Positions 23,411 to 25,709 of a DNA stretch of 25,709 nucleotides are shown here, one piece after another. The notes under the pieces were generated by a model. That model made no database searches. It was not told the origin of the DNA and saw nothing but the letters and a program-made list of their open reading frames with translations. Origin of the DNA: Candidatus Woesearchaeota archaeon CG08_land_8_20_14_0_20_47_9 (lineage in GTDB: Archaea > Nanobdellota > Nanobdellia > Woesearchaeales > CG1-02-47-18); the NCBI GenBank assembly GCA_002763335.1, contig PEYS01000132.1, forward strand, positions 1-25,709, read 5' to 3'. The position numbers were made by a program, and so were the translations under genes. Position 1 is the stretch's first letter; each line of letters opens with the position of its first letter.

Positions 23411-24225
23411 TACTCACAGCAGGCTACGCAACAAGGCTATACCCTCTAACGAGAAACACTGCAAAGCCCCTGCTCAAGGTCAGGGGCAGGCTGATAATTG
23501 ACTTCATACTAACCAAGCTTCTGAGAGAAGAGGAAATACAAGAGGTCAAGATAGTAACCAATAACAGGTTCTACCAGGATTTCCTGGAGTGGTCAAGAAA
23601 CAGGAGGGCGAGATCGGCAGGCAAACCTGTAACCAAACCAATAACAATAGTCAATGACCGCATAACAAGCAACGAAACCCGCCTTGGGGCAATAGGGGAC
23701 TTAGCCTTCATAGTTAGGGAGCAGGGCATCAGGGATGATATGCTTATAGTTGCTGGTGATAACCTCTTCAACTTTTCACTCTCAACATTCGTCAGCTTCT
23801 TCAATGAAAAAAGAGCGCCTGTGATACTCGTCTACGATGCAAAAGACAAAAGTCTTATTGCAGGGAGGCACGGCTGCGTGGTGCTTGATAATGACTCAAG
23901 GGTTGTTGACTTTGAGGAGAAGCCAGAAAATCCAAAAACAACGCTTGCATGCCCTGTGTTCTACATAATCCCTGCAGCAATGGTTAACCTATTTGAGAAA
24001 TACACCTCGGAGACCTCGCAGAATAAAGGAATGGCAGAGGGTAGAGAGCTGGGGAATAAGGGAAGCCCTGATAAATGCAGCTCTGATGCACCAGGCAACT
24101 TCATAGCATGGCTCTCAAAGAAGACAAGCGTTTACGCAATGATGATGCCCGGAGAGAGGCATGATATTGGAAGCATTGAAGGCTACAAAGCTGCTGAGGG
24201 GCTTGGGGAGAGATTTTTTAGTTAA
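23398..24225 (+). CDS. Sugar-phosphate nucleotidylyltransferase (AGYATRLYPLT subfamily)
   Basis: AGYATRLYPLT...KPLL, VAGDNLF, FEEKP, DAPG, DIGS. ATG 23398. Confidence 0.88.
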   Translation: MFAVILTAGYATRLYPLTRNTAKPLLKVRGRLIIDFILTKLLREEEIQEVKIVTNNRFYQDFLEWSRNRRARSAGKPVTKPITIVNDRITSNETRLGAIGDLAFIVREQGIRDDMLIVAGDNLFNFSLSTFVSFFNEKRAPVILVYDAKDKSLIAGRHGCVVLDNDSRVVDFEEKPENPKTTLACPVFYIIPAAMVNLFEKYTSETSQNKGMAEGRELGNKGSPDKCSSDAPGNFIAWLSKKTSVYAMMMPGERHDIGSIEGYKAAEGLGERFFS

Positions 24226-24269
24226 ACCGCTAGCAACATAGACTTACAATTTAGGAATTGGCAGAATGT

Positions 24270-25277
24270 TTAGTCAAAAGCAAATAATTTTTGCTGTGCT
24301 CTTCCAGCGAAATATGCATTTATTACGCTGATTACGTTCTCAAAAGATTTTCGGGTACGCGCCCCCCCAGATCGTCGATGGGCTCCAGAACCACCAAATA
24401 ATTTTGCTACAGCTTTGACGTCTTCATTTCCAAAGTAATTTCTAAAGAATAACCGCCCATTGTCATGTTCAAGATATAATCTACCATCTTTATTTATTAA
24501 ATTCAATTTCACAGAATAACTACCAGCATAGTTTTGATTACTCGAGTCTATCGCAACAAAGAATTTGTTCTGTACAAATCTGTTAATATTTGCACTCAGA
24601 AAATTTTCAATAGCTTTTTGTTTTTCTAAATATAAACGATATAATTCGCTTTGATAAAAAACCTCGTACCCGGTATCGATGCTTTCTTTTACTAAATTGA
24701 ATCCTATTTCAGGTGCATCAAAAGACATTAGAAGAATTTGTGCTAACTCAAAATTTTTAGAATAATATATTGATTTAAGGTCCGTGCTCTGTACTAGCGC
24801 TGGATACTGTTTAGCGATAAAATCAAATAAATCTGGAACATCTTCTATTGCTAAGTCTCCTGCAGAACCCACTCCTAAAATCCAAGCTATCTTTTCTGGT
24901 CTAAATAATTTCCACACTAAACCCGAAGAAGATATAAACTCCTTACCACAGATTTTTTTAGGGTTTAGACAAAGATATTTATCGTGCTTTATGTCTAAAA
25001 TATCATGATGATCGAAATTAATAACCTCAATGGCATTTTTGAGACAAGAATATACTTGTCCAGGACTCAAAAGAAGATCACACACCACAAATAATTTTTT
25101 GTTATCAAATGAAGGGAGTGTTCGTGGCCTAAACGACTGACTAAAGACAGTTGCTATATCTCCAAACAGATAATTTAAAGCTGCTGCTGCACAAATGCCA
25201 TCGTGATCTGCATGAGTATATATCAAAATGTCGGTAGCTGCATAATTTTTGAAAATGTGGATTATTTTCTCTTTCAT
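24270..25277 (-). CDS. DHH/DHHA1 phosphoesterase (RecJ/NrnA-like), low GC
   Basis: HADHDG (motif I), VCD (II), DHHD (III), GSAGD (IV), GGSGAH...GG (DHHA1). Clearly AT-richer than neighbours. Confidence 0.85.
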   Translation of the reverse strand: MKEKIIHIFKNYAATDILIYTHADHDGICAAAALNYLFGDIATVFSQSFRPRTLPSFDNKKLFVVCDLLLSPGQVYSCLKNAIEVINFDHHDILDIKHDKYLCLNPKKICGKEFISSSGLVWKLFRPEKIAWILGVGSAGDLAIEDVPDLFDFIAKQYPALVQSTDLKSIYYSKNFELAQILLMSFDAPEIGFNLVKESIDTGYEVFYQSELYRLYLEKQKAIENFLSANINRFVQNKFFVAIDSSNQNYAGSYSVKLNLINKDGRLYLEHDNGRLFFRNYFGNEDVKAVAKLFGGSGAHRRSGGARTRKSFENVISVINAYFAGRAQQKLFAFD

Positions 25278-25390
25278 AATTTACCTCTTAATTTTTCTAT
25301 AGTTCTTAATATTTCTTTTTTACCATAGTAAATTCTCCAGTCCCATTTATCTTCTTTCTTCAATTTTTTGGCTAAAAGCATTCTAAGGTA
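25274..25390 (-). pseudogene. 3' remnant of an unknown low-GC gene coupled to the DHH gene
   Basis: Frame YLRMLLAKKLKKEDKWDWRIYYGKKEILRTIEKLRGKL-TGA. Its TGA overlaps the DHH ATG (ATGA). Upstream it runs into the repeat starting at 25388 and reaches a stop at 25412-25414. Confidence 0.55.
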
Positions 25391-25709
25391 ACGAAAATCT
25401 GCTGCTCTGGGCTATACCCACGAACTTTTGAGTATAAAAACCTTTCAATTTTGTTAAAGTCCTCGCCCTAAAACTGGCTATTCACAACATTTAGAGTGTA
25501 AAGACCAAGAACGTGATGAGTTAGTGAGGGTTCTATAAAAATCTGAGAAGAAGCTTATGCTTATTGATGCTCTCTTCAGCATCCTACCTAACATCTAAAG
25601 TAGCAGTCCCGACATCAGAAAACCTTGAATACCGAGGCGAGCTGCAAGCGAAGCCGAGTGTAACGAAAATCTGCTGCTCGGGGCTATCCCCGACTTAAAA
25701 GTCGGGGCT
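25388..25709. mobile_element. Nested MITE-like repeat mosaic including family A copy 4 and a transposon-end-like hairpin
   Basis: GTAACGAAAATCTGCTGCTC..GGCTAT at both 25388 and 25660. Modules shared with 19924-20075. A4 (25618-25659) lacks its right arm. Terminal AGCCCC-type hairpin CCCCGACTTAAAAGTCGGGG. No transposase in the window. Confidence 0.55.

Noticed and set aside
694-25008. Short ORFs overlapping real genes (e.g. 694-882, 3758-4033, 9739-10014, 10758-11123, 14670-14930, 15390-15704, 17550-17897, 20178-20477, 24784-25008)
   Set aside because: They are antisense or alternate-frame shadows of well-supported genes, with no motifs or start signals.
216-25709. Recurring GAGGCGAGC...GCGAAGCCGA sequences as a CRISPR array
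   Set aside because: Copies are kilobases apart, not regularly interspaced, and there are no cas genes.

Overview
Archaeal chromosomal window, probably DPANN (Woesearchaeota-like; this is inferred from gene content and divergence, not from a search). It is mostly housekeeping: rfcS 3' end, rps17e, histone, xerA, a dTMP-synthesis cluster, sppA, rpl21e-rpoF-DUF655, gatE, tRNA-Lys(CTT), tRNA-Val(CAC) and a nucleotide-sugar operon. The standout is a tightly coupled five-gene operon (351-5568) between rfcS and rps17e. It reads as ubiquitin-like protein, E2-like, tandem-ThiF E1, JAB/MPN and an unknown gene. Nearly every recognisable catalytic motif is eroded: single C-terminal Gly, no E2 Cys, no NLxRQ or Mg-binding Asp in either ThiF domain, and JAMM E->Q and HxH->HxA. 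A pseudo-enzymatic Ubl system is therefore a candidate. Intergenic DNA carries related palindromic hairpins with compensatory substitutions, several of which supply neighbouring genes' stop codons. Other items: an unannotated 24-aa Lys/Arg-rich peptide gene, a FemAB-like GNAT overlapping the histone gene, an MtrA-ThyA-DUF4346 fusion, a 4x13-bp tandem repeat, and a low-GC DHH gene with a truncated upstream partner next to transposon-like ends. All family assignments come from motif recognition by eye; no searches were run.
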